DNA from: Pelagibacteraceae bacterium AG-404-P08
GTDB lineage: Bacteria; Pseudomonadota; Alphaproteobacteria; HIMB59
Reading direction: 5' to 3'
Length of the DNA stretch: 64,000 bases
Assembly (NCBI GenBank): GCA_003216195.1
Contig: QCJF01000006.1
Location: 27,564 to 91,563 of the forward strand
The notes under the pieces are model-generated. The model saw only the letters and a program-made list of their open reading frames with translations. It was not told the origin of the DNA and did no database searches. The translations under genes were made by a program, and so were the position numbers. Shown piece after piece: positions 31,198 through 40,874 of this stretch. Numbering within the stretch: position 1 is the first letter of the stretch; each line of letters begins with the position of its first letter.

Positions 31198-32232
31198 TCA
31201 TTTAGATTTCATAGACTTCATGACTATGGTTCGATCAATTTCTCCAACTAACTCACCAGATTGTGCATTTATTATAGGGTAGGCTGTATCATCCTCACAT
31301 ATCTGGTCAATTAATGTTTCAATTTTAGCATTTTCATCTATGCATTTAGTTTTATCTGAAAATAATTTCTTTGACTCATCAGAACATTCCTTACGCATAA
31401 CTTTTCCAGCACTTAATACTTTATATTTGGGAACATCTTCACAAAAATCTTTAACGTATTTGTCAACTGGATTTGCCACAATTTCTTCAGGTGTTCCAAC
31501 TTGAGAAATCTCTCCATCTTTCATGATAGCAATATGATCGCCCATTTTTATTGCCTCTAAAAAATCATGAGTAATAAATACCATAGTGCGTTGCAATTTT
31601 TTTTGAATATCTAATAGCTCGTCTTGCATTTCTCGTCTAATTAATGGGTCTAAAGCAGAAAATGGCTCATCAAATATTAAGATTTCTGGTTCAACTGCCA
31701 TCGCTCGTGCTAAACCAACTCTTTGTTGCATTCCTCCCGAGAGTTCTCTTGGATAATTATTATGCCAACCTTTTAAACCAACAAGATTTAAAGACTCTGT
31801 AGCCTTGTCTAATCTTTCTTGTTTCTTTTCTCCCCTAATTTCTAAACCATAAGAAATGTTTTCAAGAACTGTCCGATGTGGAAAAAGACCAAAGTGTTGA
31901 AATACCATACTCATTTTATTTCTTCTAAGATCAAGGAGGCTATTTCTACTTATTTTTGTAATGTCAGTATCATCAATAATTACCGATCCAGATGTAGGTT
32001 CAATTAATCTAGTTAAACATCTTACTAAAGTTGATTTTCCACTACCTGATAATCCCATTACAACAAAGGTTTCACCTTTTTGAATGGAAAAGCTGACATC
32101 TTTTACAGCTACTACATGTCCAGTTTTTTCTTGGACTTCGTCTCTACTTAAATTTGGATCTAAATTGTCTAAAATTCTTTTTTCATCATTGCCAAAAATT
32201 TTCCATATATTTGAGCAAATAATTTTATCCAT
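31198..32232 (-). CDS. Betaine/proline-type ABC transporter ATP-binding subunit (ProV/OpuAA-like)
   Basis: MGLSGSGKST, FQHFGLFPH, LSGGMQQRVGLARA and DEPFSALDPLIRREMQDEL motifs. Confidence 0.93.
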   Translation of the reverse strand: MDKIICSNIWKIFGNDEKRILDNLDPNLSRDEVQEKTGHVVAVKDVSFSIQKGETFVVMGLSGSGKSTLVRCLTRLIEPTSGSVIIDDTDITKISRNSLLDLRRNKMSMVFQHFGLFPHRTVLENISYGLEIRGEKKQERLDKATESLNLVGLKGWHNNYPRELSGGMQQRVGLARAMAVEPEILIFDEPFSALDPLIRREMQDELLDIQKKLQRTMVFITHDFLEAIKMGDHIAIMKDGEISQVGTPEEIVANPVDKYVKDFCEDVPKYKVLSAGKVMRKECSDESKKLFSDKTKCIDENAKIETLIDQICEDDTAYPIINAQSGELVGEIDRTIVMKSMKSK

Positions 32233-32329
32233 ATTATTCAGGTTTAAGGCTATTATAATTGTGAATTAATACTATTAAAATAAAATTATTTTTATAAATT
32301 CTTATATAGTTGATTAAATATAAATTAAT

Positions 32330-34453
32330 ATGTCTTTAGATCAAAATATAGCCGTTAAAAATAAATTAAATAAAAATATAATCTTTTACATAAGTATTTT
32401 TATTATTGGGGCAGTAGCATATTATCTGTCGATTGTTAATGAAGACCCTACAGTATTTCCTAAATCTATTACTGATGAATTTAAGTTTACAGCATGGATA
32501 AATGCCGGAGAGGATTATTTAAAAGATAACTATAGATGGATAACGAGATTATTTGCATCTTTTTTACAAGCTGGTTACATGGCCTTGGAAAATTTCTTTG
32601 TTGAGTCTCCATGGATTTTAATAATGTCTTTAATGGCTCTTCCAGCTTTAGCATATGGAGGTATAAAACTAGCCTTATTTTGTATTTTTACAGTTTATTT
32701 TTGGGGAGCTGTGGATATGTGGGAAGTCTCAATGCAAACATTAGCATTAATGGGCTTATCAGTAATTTTATCTGTAATTTTTGGAGTTATCCTAGGAATA
32801 CTCAGTTCTCAAAGTGATAGATTTGAAAATTTTCTAAAACCTATTTTAGACACCATGCAAGTAATGCCAGCCTTTGTATATTTATTTCCCGCTATGTTCT
32901 TTTTTGGAATTGGTGGTGCTCCAGCAATACTTGCTACATTAATTTATGCTATGCCTCCAATTATTAGGTTAACAAATTTAGGAATAAGACAAGTATCTAA
33001 AGAAACAATAGAGTCAGCTGAGTCTTTTGGATCTAATAAATTTCAGCTTTTATTTAAAATCAAAATTCCAATGGCCTTACCAAGTATTATGATGGGTGTT
33101 AATCAAACAATTATGATGGCATTAGCTTTAGTTGTTCTTGCAACTTTTATTGGTGCTGAAGGTTTAGGCGGTCAAGTATGGCAAGCAATTAGAAAATTAG
33201 ATGTTGGTTGGGCAATGGAAGGGGGCTTGTGTATTTTATTTATGGCAATAATGTTTGACAGAATAAGTAGTGCTATTAGTAAAGAAAAAGAAACCTTACC
33301 AGATGATGTAAAAAAATTTTACTTATTACCGCAAAATTTACACAGAAACCCCATCGCAAACTTAATTGAATTACCCATGAGAATATCTGTAAAGCTTATA
33401 AATATATTTTTTAGAACAATTATTAATGTTTTTGCTAATATAATTGCTAGCTTAATTTCTCTTTTTAATAAATCTAATAATAATTCAATTAAAAATTTTA
33501 TAAATCAACGATATTTTTTATTTTCATCATTTTTAATTTTTATATTCATTTTTATTTTTGATGCATACATTTATAGTATAGGAACTTTCCCAGAAACATG
33601 GACAATTGATATCCAAAAACCAATAGAAGATACTGTTAAGGCAATGACTCTTGATCCTGGTTTTATATCATTTGCGAAAGGTATGAAGTATTTTGTTTAC
33701 TTGTATTTACTAAACCCATTAAATTTATTTCTAACGCAGATACCTTGGTGGTATACAATGATTGTCTTCATACTTATTGGATATGTGACTGTAGGAATAA
33801 AGTTTGCCACAATTACTGCGATTTTATTAGCCTTTATCGGAGCTACAGGTATGTGGGTGCATTCAATGATTACGTTATCTTCAGTATTGGTTTCAGTTTT
33901 AATTTGCTTTGTTATAGGTGTTCCGCTTGGAGTAATAGCATCCTACAATAAATGGTACAGAGATATCCAAAATGTTGTTTTAGATGCAATGCAAACTTTG
34001 CCTTATTTTTGCTATTTAATTCCTGTTTTAATGTTTTTTGGTGGAAATATAGTATCTGCAGTTATTGCAACTGTTATATATTCTGTACCACCGATAATAA
34101 GATTAACAGCTCTTGGTTTGTCACAAGTGTCAGGAAGCTATTCAGAGGTATCTAAATCTTTTGGAGGAACAGGAATTCAAACTTTAAATAAAGTAAAATT
34201 TCCATTAGCTGTACCAAGTCTCGTTATGGGTTTTAATCAAACTGTAATTATGGCTTTTGCAATGCAAATTGTTACACCATTGATTGGAGGAAAAGGTCTA
34301 GGACTCCAAGTATTTAATGCACTTCAAAGATCAGATACAGGTAGAGGTCTATCAGCCGGTTTGGCTATCGTTCTTCTTGCTATTATCATAGATAGGATAA
34401 CCCACGCTTGGACTAAGAAGCAAAGACAAGCCCTTGGATTAGATAAGTCCTAA
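32330..34453 (+). CDS. Fused double ProW-type ABC permease
   Basis: Two ProW modules: LDTMQVMPAFVYL...PPIIRLT...ESAESFG and LDAMQTLPYFCYL...PPIIRLT...EVSKSFG. Confidence 0.9.
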   Translation: MSLDQNIAVKNKLNKNIIFYISIFIIGAVAYYLSIVNEDPTVFPKSITDEFKFTAWINAGEDYLKDNYRWITRLFASFLQAGYMALENFFVESPWILIMSLMALPALAYGGIKLALFCIFTVYFWGAVDMWEVSMQTLALMGLSVILSVIFGVILGILSSQSDRFENFLKPILDTMQVMPAFVYLFPAMFFFGIGGAPAILATLIYAMPPIIRLTNLGIRQVSKETIESAESFGSNKFQLLFKIKIPMALPSIMMGVNQTIMMALALVVLATFIGAEGLGGQVWQAIRKLDVGWAMEGGLCILFMAIMFDRISSAISKEKETLPDDVKKFYLLPQNLHRNPIANLIELPMRISVKLINIFFRTIINVFANIIASLISLFNKSNNNSIKNFINQRYFLFSSFLIFIFIFIFDAYIYSIGTFPETWTIDIQKPIEDTVKAMTLDPGFISFAKGMKYFVYLYLLNPLNLFLTQIPWWYTMIVFILIGYVTVGIKFATITAILLAFIGATGMWVHSMITLSSVLVSVLICFVIGVPLGVIASYNKWYRDIQNVVLDAMQTLPYFCYLIPVLMFFGGNIVSAVIATVIYSVPPIIRLTALGLSQVSGSYSEVSKSFGGTGIQTLNKVKFPLAVPSLVMGFNQTVIMAFAMQIVTPLIGGKGLGLQVFNALQRSDTGRGLSAGLAIVLLAIIIDRITHAWTKKQRQALGLDKS

Positions 34454-36798
34454 TGGGTTTTAAGAAAGATCTTCCCTTAACTAGTTCGCATTGGGGAACT
34501 TATAGAGCAAAAGTAAATAATGGGAAAGTTACAGAATTAATTGGATGGGAAAATGATAAAGATCCATCACCAATAGGTCCAGGTATTGTAGACATTCACG
34601 ATAATAAAACGCGAATTGATAAACCTATGATAAGAAAAAGTTGGATTGATAATGGACCAGGAACAAACAATAACTTAAGAGGGATTGATCCTTTTGTAGC
34701 TGTATCTTGGGATGAAGCTGAAAATATAGTGGCCAAAGAATTAAATAGAGTAAGAGAAAACTTTGGTAATTCCTCAATATTTGGTGGATCTTATGGCTGG
34801 GCTAGTGCTGGAAGATTTCATCATGCTCAAAGTCAACTACATCGTTTTTTAAATTGCATTGGTGGCTACACAAGATCAAAGTTTACTTATAGTTTTGCAG
34901 CAGCAGAAGCAATGGTTCCCCATATACTTGGAAGTTATAGAGCCTATCTTGATACTTGCACTAGTTGGGACTCAATCGAAGAAAACACAGAACTATTTGT
35001 ATGTTTTGGAGGAGTTCCTTTAAAAAATGGTCAAATAGCTCAAGGTGGTACTGGAAGTCATAATCAAAAAGAAAAACTTATAAGTTCCGCTAAAGCTGGC
35101 ATAAGATTTGTAAATTTGAGTCCATTGAAAAGTGACTTGTTAGATGAGGTTAAAGGAAAGTGGTTACCTTTAAGACCTAATACTGATGTAGCAATTATGC
35201 TCGGTCTAGCACACACTCTATATAAAGAAAATTTATATAGTGAAATATTTATTAAAAAATACACAGAGGGTTTTGATATTTTCCTACCATATCTTTTAGG
35301 TGATTTAGATGGAGTTGTAAAAGATGCTAATTGGGCTTCAGAAATAAGTGAAATCTCATCAGATGAAATTATTTCTTTGGCAAGAGACATGTCCTCAAAG
35401 CGAACTATGATATCTGTTAGTTGGTCTTTAACTCGCCAAGATCATGGTGAACAGCCTTTTTGGGCTGCAATTATGTTGGCATCAATGTTGGGTCAAATAG
35501 GTTTACCAGGTGGTGGTTTTGGATTTGGTTATAGTGCAACAAATCACATTGGTGGGCAGTTTTCTATTATTCCTGGCGCTGCTTTTCCACAATCTGACAA
35601 TAAAATTGATAATTTTATCCCAGTTGCAAGGATTAGTGATTTACTTTTAAATCCAGGTGAAACTTTTCATTTTGATGGCAAGGAGTATGAATATCCTGAT
35701 ATTAAATTAATTTATTGGGCAGGTGGAAATCCTTTTCATCATCATCAAGATATTAATAAACTTTTGCTAGCTTGGCAAAAACCTGAAACTATCATTTCTA
35801 ATGAATGGTGTTGGAATTCTTTAGCTAAATATTCAGATATTATCTTACCTTGTACCACTCCACTTGAAAGACAAGATATAATGCTTACCCCAAGAGATCC
35901 TTATGTAATTTCAATGTCAAAATTAGTTGAACCTTTTAAAGAGGCTAAAAGTGATTTTGATATTTTTAAAGGAATTGCAAAAAAATTGGATGTCGAAAAT
36001 CTTTTTACTGAAGGAAGAGATGAAGAAGATTGGCAAAAATGGATTTATCAAGAAACATCAGTCAAATCAAAGTCATTAAAAAATATTGATTTTCCAAGCT
36101 ATCAGGAGTTTAGAAAAATAGGGTGGTTTAAAGTTCCACCACCAAAAGAAAATACAATAATGTTAAAAGATTTCAGAGAAGATCCTACTAAATTCCCGCT
36201 CTCAACTCCAAGTGGAAAAATAGAAATATATTCTAAAACAGTAGATAGTTTTAATTATGATGATTGTCCTGGTCATCCAACCTGGTTAGAACCCTGTGAA
36301 TGGCTTGGAAGTAAAAATAAAAACTATCCTTTACATTTAATATCTAATCAACCAAAAAATAAATTACATAGTCAAATGGATCACGGAGGCTATAGTAAAT
36401 CTTTTAAAATTAAAGATCGTGAACCAATTGAAATGAATAGTGTTGATGCGAGCAGTCGAGGAATAAATGAGGGAGATATAGTAAAACTTTTTAATGACAG
36501 AGGTGCCTGTTTAGCTGGTGTAAACATTAATGATAATATTCGCCCTGGAGTTGTTCAAATTAGTACAGGTGCATGGTACGACCCTGAGGACTCTAAAAAT
36601 TTAAAAACTATCTGTAAACATGGTAACCCTAATGTCCTTACAAAAGACAAAGGGACTTCAAAATTAGGTCAAGGTCCTATAGCACACTCATGTCTCATCG
36701 AAGTAGAATTAGTTAAAGATAAAATTTCACCTGTGACTGCATTTGACCCTCCTGTTATTATTCGTGATTATAAATCTAATAGAGTCATTGATAAATAA
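34453..36798 (+). CDS. Mo-bis-PGD oxidoreductase, DMSO reductase/BisC-like; no Tat leader, so probably cytoplasmic
   Basis: SHWG, GGSYGW (Tyr/Trp pair), TYS (Ser Mo ligand), RQDHGEQ, WAGGNPFHHHQD, KLHSQ and GNPNVLT. No RR motif and no N-terminal Fe-S cysteines. Confidence 0.9.
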   Translation: MGFKKDLPLTSSHWGTYRAKVNNGKVTELIGWENDKDPSPIGPGIVDIHDNKTRIDKPMIRKSWIDNGPGTNNNLRGIDPFVAVSWDEAENIVAKELNRVRENFGNSSIFGGSYGWASAGRFHHAQSQLHRFLNCIGGYTRSKFTYSFAAAEAMVPHILGSYRAYLDTCTSWDSIEENTELFVCFGGVPLKNGQIAQGGTGSHNQKEKLISSAKAGIRFVNLSPLKSDLLDEVKGKWLPLRPNTDVAIMLGLAHTLYKENLYSEIFIKKYTEGFDIFLPYLLGDLDGVVKDANWASEISEISSDEIISLARDMSSKRTMISVSWSLTRQDHGEQPFWAAIMLASMLGQIGLPGGGFGFGYSATNHIGGQFSIIPGAAFPQSDNKIDNFIPVARISDLLLNPGETFHFDGKEYEYPDIKLIYWAGGNPFHHHQDINKLLLAWQKPETIISNEWCWNSLAKYSDIILPCTTPLERQDIMLTPRDPYVISMSKLVEPFKEAKSDFDIFKGIAKKLDVENLFTEGRDEEDWQKWIYQETSVKSKSLKNIDFPSYQEFRKIGWFKVPPPKENTIMLKDFREDPTKFPLSTPSGKIEIYSKTVDSFNYDDCPGHPTWLEPCEWLGSKNKNYPLHLISNQPKNKLHSQMDHGGYSKSFKIKDREPIEMNSVDASSRGINEGDIVKLFNDRGACLAGVNINDNIRPGVVQISTGAWYDPEDSKNLKTICKHGNPNVLTKDKGTSKLGQGPIAHSCLIEVELVKDKISPVTAFDPPVIIRDYKSNRVIDK

Positions 36799-37995
36799 AT
36801 GGGAAATTTACAAGAAGAAGCTGATCTAAACCAAACAATTCAAATTAGTGCACGTAGATTTGAAGAGTCTCCATTCATTCAGCGCACTAATACTTCGAAC
36901 ATGGTCAGAGGTGTTTATGCAGGAAGATATTTTCCTATGAAAATTGATGAAGATCCTTCAGAAAAATATTGGCTTTTAAGACAAAAAGCTCTTTTGTTTG
37001 ATGTTCCAGAAAAACCGATAGAAATATCAGGAAAAGACTCAGTTTCTTTTTTGAATAAAGTGCTGACAAGAGATATTTCAAAAACAAAAATTGGCAGAGG
37101 TTATTATGCACTTGCCTGTACACCAAAAGGTGGAATTTTCATGGATGGAGTTTTATTTAGATTTGATGAAGAAAAGTTTTGGTACGTTCAAGCAGATGGC
37201 CCATTTGAAGATTGGCTTATTGCTCATAGTTCAAATTATGATGTTCAAATAAAAGACCCTAAATCTAGAGTTCTTCAAATTCAAGGTCCGGCATCAATCG
37301 ATATCATGAAGTTAGCTTCCAATGGAAAGATTGATGAAAATATGCCTTATTTTACATCCAATTTTTTTGATCTAGGAGGGCAAACTTTATATGTTTCAAG
37401 AACAGGTTTTACAAATGAATTAGGATTTGAAATTTTTTGTGATGGTTTTAAAACAGACCATTTGGCTCTATGGGACTATCTTATTGAATGTGGTAAACCA
37501 TATGGTATGCAATTTTCTGCCTCTAGAGCCATGACAATTAGAAGAATTGAGGGTGGTATTTTTGGAAATTTAACTGATATAGATACAACAATTACTCCTT
37601 TCGAAGCTGGCCTTGGGTATTTTGTGAATATGGATAAAGATTTTATCGGTAAAGATGCTTTAATTAAAAAAGATAAAAGGACTTGTTTATTTGGAATAAC
37701 TTGTAAAACAGTAGTTCCTAAAGCTGGAAGTAAAATAAAAATTAATGATAAACAAGTCGGTTACATAACAGCTGGTGTACCGTCTCCAACTCTCCAACAA
37801 GGAATTGGTTATGTAAGATTTTATGAACCAAATGATTATATGAATAAAGAGATAGAAATAATTCTCCCAGATAATTCTTCACACACCGGGGTTGTTGTGG
37901 ATTTACCTTTTTACGATAAAGAAAAAAAAATTGTAAAGGGTATAGATAGATCTATTCCCATTAAACCTGATAGTAATTCTTTTGATGCAAAATAA
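36799..37995 (+). CDS. GcvT-family THF-dependent methyltransferase/demethylase (DmdA-like)
   Basis: FDV..KPIEISGKDS, TRD, QIQGP, SRTGFTNELGFE, RRIEGG and DFIGK motifs. No gcvH or gcvP nearby. Confidence 0.85.
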   Translation: MGNLQEEADLNQTIQISARRFEESPFIQRTNTSNMVRGVYAGRYFPMKIDEDPSEKYWLLRQKALLFDVPEKPIEISGKDSVSFLNKVLTRDISKTKIGRGYYALACTPKGGIFMDGVLFRFDEEKFWYVQADGPFEDWLIAHSSNYDVQIKDPKSRVLQIQGPASIDIMKLASNGKIDENMPYFTSNFFDLGGQTLYVSRTGFTNELGFEIFCDGFKTDHLALWDYLIECGKPYGMQFSASRAMTIRRIEGGIFGNLTDIDTTITPFEAGLGYFVNMDKDFIGKDALIKKDKRTCLFGITCKTVVPKAGSKIKINDKQVGYITAGVPSPTLQQGIGYVRFYEPNDYMNKEIEIILPDNSSHTGVVVDLPFYDKEKKIVKGIDRSIPIKPDSNSFDAK

Positions 37996-38773
37996 TTTCC
38001 TTAAAAATAAAAAAATTATTTTATCTGCTGGTGCTTCTGGAATAGGTCTAGCTACTGTAAAATTATTATTATCACAAGGTGCTTTTGTATATACTTGTGA
38101 TATTGATAAAAAAAACATTAATAATTTAAAAAAAAATTCATACTTTAATAGGAAACTCTTTATATCAGAATGCGATGCTTCAAAAGAAGATGAGGTAAAG
38201 AAATTTTATAAAGAAATATCATATAAAACTAAAAAAATAGATGGACTTATAAATAATATTGGAATAGCTGGACCCACATCTCCTTTAGAGAAAATTAAAT
38301 CTGATGATTGGGAAAAAACTATACATGTAAATATAAATAGTCACTTTTATTTTACCAAATATGCGATACCCATGATTAAGAAATCTAAAAATGGGTCAAT
38401 AATCAATATTTCTTCCACAGCTGGTATTGATGGTTTTCCTAATAGATCTCCTTATGCGGCAAGCAAATGGGCCTTAGTTGGTATTACTAAAACTTTAGCA
38501 ATGGAATTAGGAAAATTTAATATACGAGTAAATGCGATATGCCCTGGTTCTGTTAAAGGTGCGAGAATGATGAGAGTCATAAAAGCGAAAGCAAAAATGC
38601 TAAAGCGATCTGTAAGATCCATTGAAAAAGATTTTGTTTCTATGAGTTCTTTAAAACAATGGGTTTATGAAGATGATATAGCAAAAATCTGTTCCTTTTT
38701 AATTTCTCAAGACTCCCTTAGAGTCTCAGGTCAAGTAATTTCTATTGATGGAAATACTGAGAGAATGGATTAG
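37985..38773 (-). other. See the + strand SDR entry; no separate - strand feature is supported here
   Basis: The opposite-strand ORF 37903-38118 is a shadow of the + strand genes. Confidence 0.05.
37985..38773 (+). CDS. Short-chain dehydrogenase/reductase
   Basis: SAGASGIG, NNIGIAGP, NISS, YAASK and ICPG motifs. Confidence 0.93.
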   Translation: MQNNFLKNKKIILSAGASGIGLATVKLLLSQGAFVYTCDIDKKNINNLKKNSYFNRKLFISECDASKEDEVKKFYKEISYKTKKIDGLINNIGIAGPTSPLEKIKSDDWEKTIHVNINSHFYFTKYAIPMIKKSKNGSIINISSTAGIDGFPNRSPYAASKWALVGITKTLAMELGKFNIRVNAICPGSVKGARMMRVIKAKAKMLKRSVRSIEKDFVSMSSLKQWVYEDDIAKICSFLISQDSLRVSGQVISIDGNTERMD

Positions 38774-39657
38774 GTTTTTTTTAGCTTTAAATAATCTCTT
38801 GTCTCTTGGGGACTCATAATAGAGGAGCCCAACTCATGAACTATTTTTATTGCCTTCTCAACTAATTGTGGATTAGTTGCAAGTTTTCCCTTTGATAAAT
38901 ATAAATTATCTTCAAGCCCAACTCTGGGATTACCACCAAGTAAAACTGTTTGTGCAACAAAGGGCATTTCATTTCTTGAAATTGCAAAGCCTGACCAAAT
39001 AGCATTTTTAGGCATGACATCTAACATTGCAATCATAGCTGTAGTTTTTGCTGGAGCCCCCCAAGGAATTCCTAAACACATTTGATATAAGGGTGGGTCG
39101 CTTAGTAGTCCTTCTTCATAAAGCTGAGCTCCAAACCACATGTTACCTAAATCAAATGCTTCAACTTCAGGTTTAACTCCAATTTCTTTTAATCGTTTTG
39201 CTGCTTTTCTTAAATCATTTGGTGTATTGACCGCCAACACAGAACTATCACCAAAATTTAAAGTTCCAGCATCAAGTGTACATATTTCTGGTAGTAATTC
39301 CTCTACATGAGATATTCTTTCCATAATATTAGCCATATCAGTATATGGACCAAAATCCATTGGGTTATCTCCTTCACCTATATCTAAATCACCTCCCATA
39401 CCGGTTGTTAAATTAATAATTACATCAGTGTCACTCGATCTAATTATTTCAACTACTTCCTTATAAAATTCAAATTTTCGACTAGGTGTTCCATCTTCCT
39501 CTCTGACATGAATATGAACTATAGATGCACCTGCTTGAGCAGACTCTATTGCGGATTTTGCTATTTGTTTTGGAGTCTTTGGAAGATCAGGATGTTTTGA
39601 TGCAGTGTCACCAGATCCATTAACAGCACATGTAAGAAATACTTTAGTTTTCATCAT
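38770..39657 (-). CDS. Beta-keto acid cleavage enzyme (BKACE/DUF849), CdhC-like
   Basis: TCAVNGSGDTASKHP..PKTPKQIA, zinc motif HIH, TTGMGGD and RVGLEDN. Confidence 0.88.
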   Translation of the reverse strand: MMKTKVFLTCAVNGSGDTASKHPDLPKTPKQIAKSAIESAQAGASIVHIHVREEDGTPSRKFEFYKEVVEIIRSSDTDVIINLTTGMGGDLDIGEGDNPMDFGPYTDMANIMERISHVEELLPEICTLDAGTLNFGDSSVLAVNTPNDLRKAAKRLKEIGVKPEVEAFDLGNMWFGAQLYEEGLLSDPPLYQMCLGIPWGAPAKTTAMIAMLDVMPKNAIWSGFAISRNEMPFVAQTVLLGGNPRVGLEDNLYLSKGKLATNPQLVEKAIKIVHELGSSIMSPQETRDYLKLKKT

Positions 39658-39790
39658 TTTTGATAGTATTACACTTAATTAACTATAAAAAAACATATTT
39701 CATAGGGTTTTGTTACCTATTGATGAATAAATTGCATATGTACTTTGACTATTTTTTGCTAATATAAACTTTTAATGGGAGGGATAATCT

Positions 39791-40792
39791 ATGAGAATAT
39801 CTAAAACAATTATTACTTTTATTCTATCCTCTATTCTTTTTACCGCAACATTCAGTAAAGCTAATGCCGAAAAATTATTAGCAGCCATCGCTGACTGGAC
39901 AGGTGGAGAGATTTCATGTCAAGTAGCTGTAAGCATACTTGAAGATGAGTTAGGATACGAAATTGATAGAATCGTATTTGCCTCAGGAACTGGCTTGTGG
40001 GAAGCTATTGCTGCAGGTGATATTGATTTTGCATGTGAGTCATGGCCTAGTTACGCTGAAGCTGATGAGGTTATGTTAAATGGCGACTTAATTCATGGTG
40101 GGGAAGTTAAAATGACTTACTCTGGTGATGGAAGTGTAAAATTACTTGGAACTGTTGGTATTACTGGTATGTCAGATTATTATGTTCCAAAATATTGGGC
40201 TGATGCAAATCCAGATTTTTCTAGCTATGCTGATTTAAATAAATTCAAAGAAGATTTTGCGACTATGGAGTCTGGTGGTAAAGGTCGATTAATTGGTTGT
40301 CCAGTTGCTGGTTGGAACTGTCATGATCAAAAAAGATTAGACCTACTTGGTTTAGACTTTGTTGCTGATGAATTAGGAACTGAAACAGCTGCTCTTGCTG
40401 AAGCGCAAGGTATGTACGATAGAGGTGAACCTTTCCTAATGTATCTTTGGGAGCCTCATTGGTTCTTTGGTGTTAACGAATTAGTAGGTGTAAAATTAGC
40501 TCCAAATAAAACTTGTGATACCTTTACCGAGGCGAACAACTGGGAAACTTGTGGAGCTGACGCTTGGCCAGCAACAGGTTGGGCTGTTGACTATCCAATG
40601 AACTACGGTAATCCTGATACATTTGCTAAACCAGAAAACCAAAAAGCACTTGAATTCTTTGGTAAAATGGCATTATCAAATGCAGATCAAGCAGCGATGC
40701 TCGTTAAAGTTCGTGAAGGTGGTGAACTTAATGATGTTGTTGCTGAATGGAAAGCAAACAATAAATCTACTTGGGAGAAATGGTTACCATAA
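39791..40792 (+). CDS. ProX/HisX-type quaternary-amine ABC substrate-binding protein
   Basis: Signal peptide ending ANA; DWTG, ESW, GCPVAGWNC and YLWEPHW aromatic residues; strong SD GGGAGG. Confidence 0.87.
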   Translation: MRISKTIITFILSSILFTATFSKANAEKLLAAIADWTGGEISCQVAVSILEDELGYEIDRIVFASGTGLWEAIAAGDIDFACESWPSYAEADEVMLNGDLIHGGEVKMTYSGDGSVKLLGTVGITGMSDYYVPKYWADANPDFSSYADLNKFKEDFATMESGGKGRLIGCPVAGWNCHDQKRLDLLGLDFVADELGTETAALAEAQGMYDRGEPFLMYLWEPHWFFGVNELVGVKLAPNKTCDTFTEANNWETCGADAWPATGWAVDYPMNYGNPDTFAKPENQKALEFFGKMALSNADQAAMLVKVREGGELNDVVAEWKANNKSTWEKWLP

Positions 40793-40828
40793 TCCTAGGA
40801 TAATCTAGATTTTTTATTTTATTTATTA

Positions 40829-40849
40829 GGCCCTGTATATTGCAGGGCC
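40829..40849 (+). terminator. GC-rich hairpin after the SBP gene (terminator or 3' stabiliser)
   Basis: GGCCCTGTA-TAT-TGCAGGGCC; no clear downstream U-run. Confidence 0.55.
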
Positions 40850-40874
40850 AACCTAATTGCTCCGTTGATATACT

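Noticed and set aside
34453-36798. Respiratory periplasmic TMAO/DMSO reductase (TorA/DorA)
   Set aside because: No twin-arginine leader and no adjacent c-type cytochrome or TorD/DorD chaperone.
36799-37995. Glycine cleavage T protein or bona fide DmdA
   Set aside because: No gcvH or gcvP nearby, and it departs from DmdA as I recall it (VYAGRYFP versus VYNHMLLP). Only a family-level call is justified without a tree.
39658-39790. SAM-V, SAM-II or glycine riboswitch upstream of the SBP or BKACE genes
   Set aside because: Only a weak ATAGG/CCTAT repeat (39702-39720) and no consensus elements visible; an Infernal/Rfam scan would settle it.
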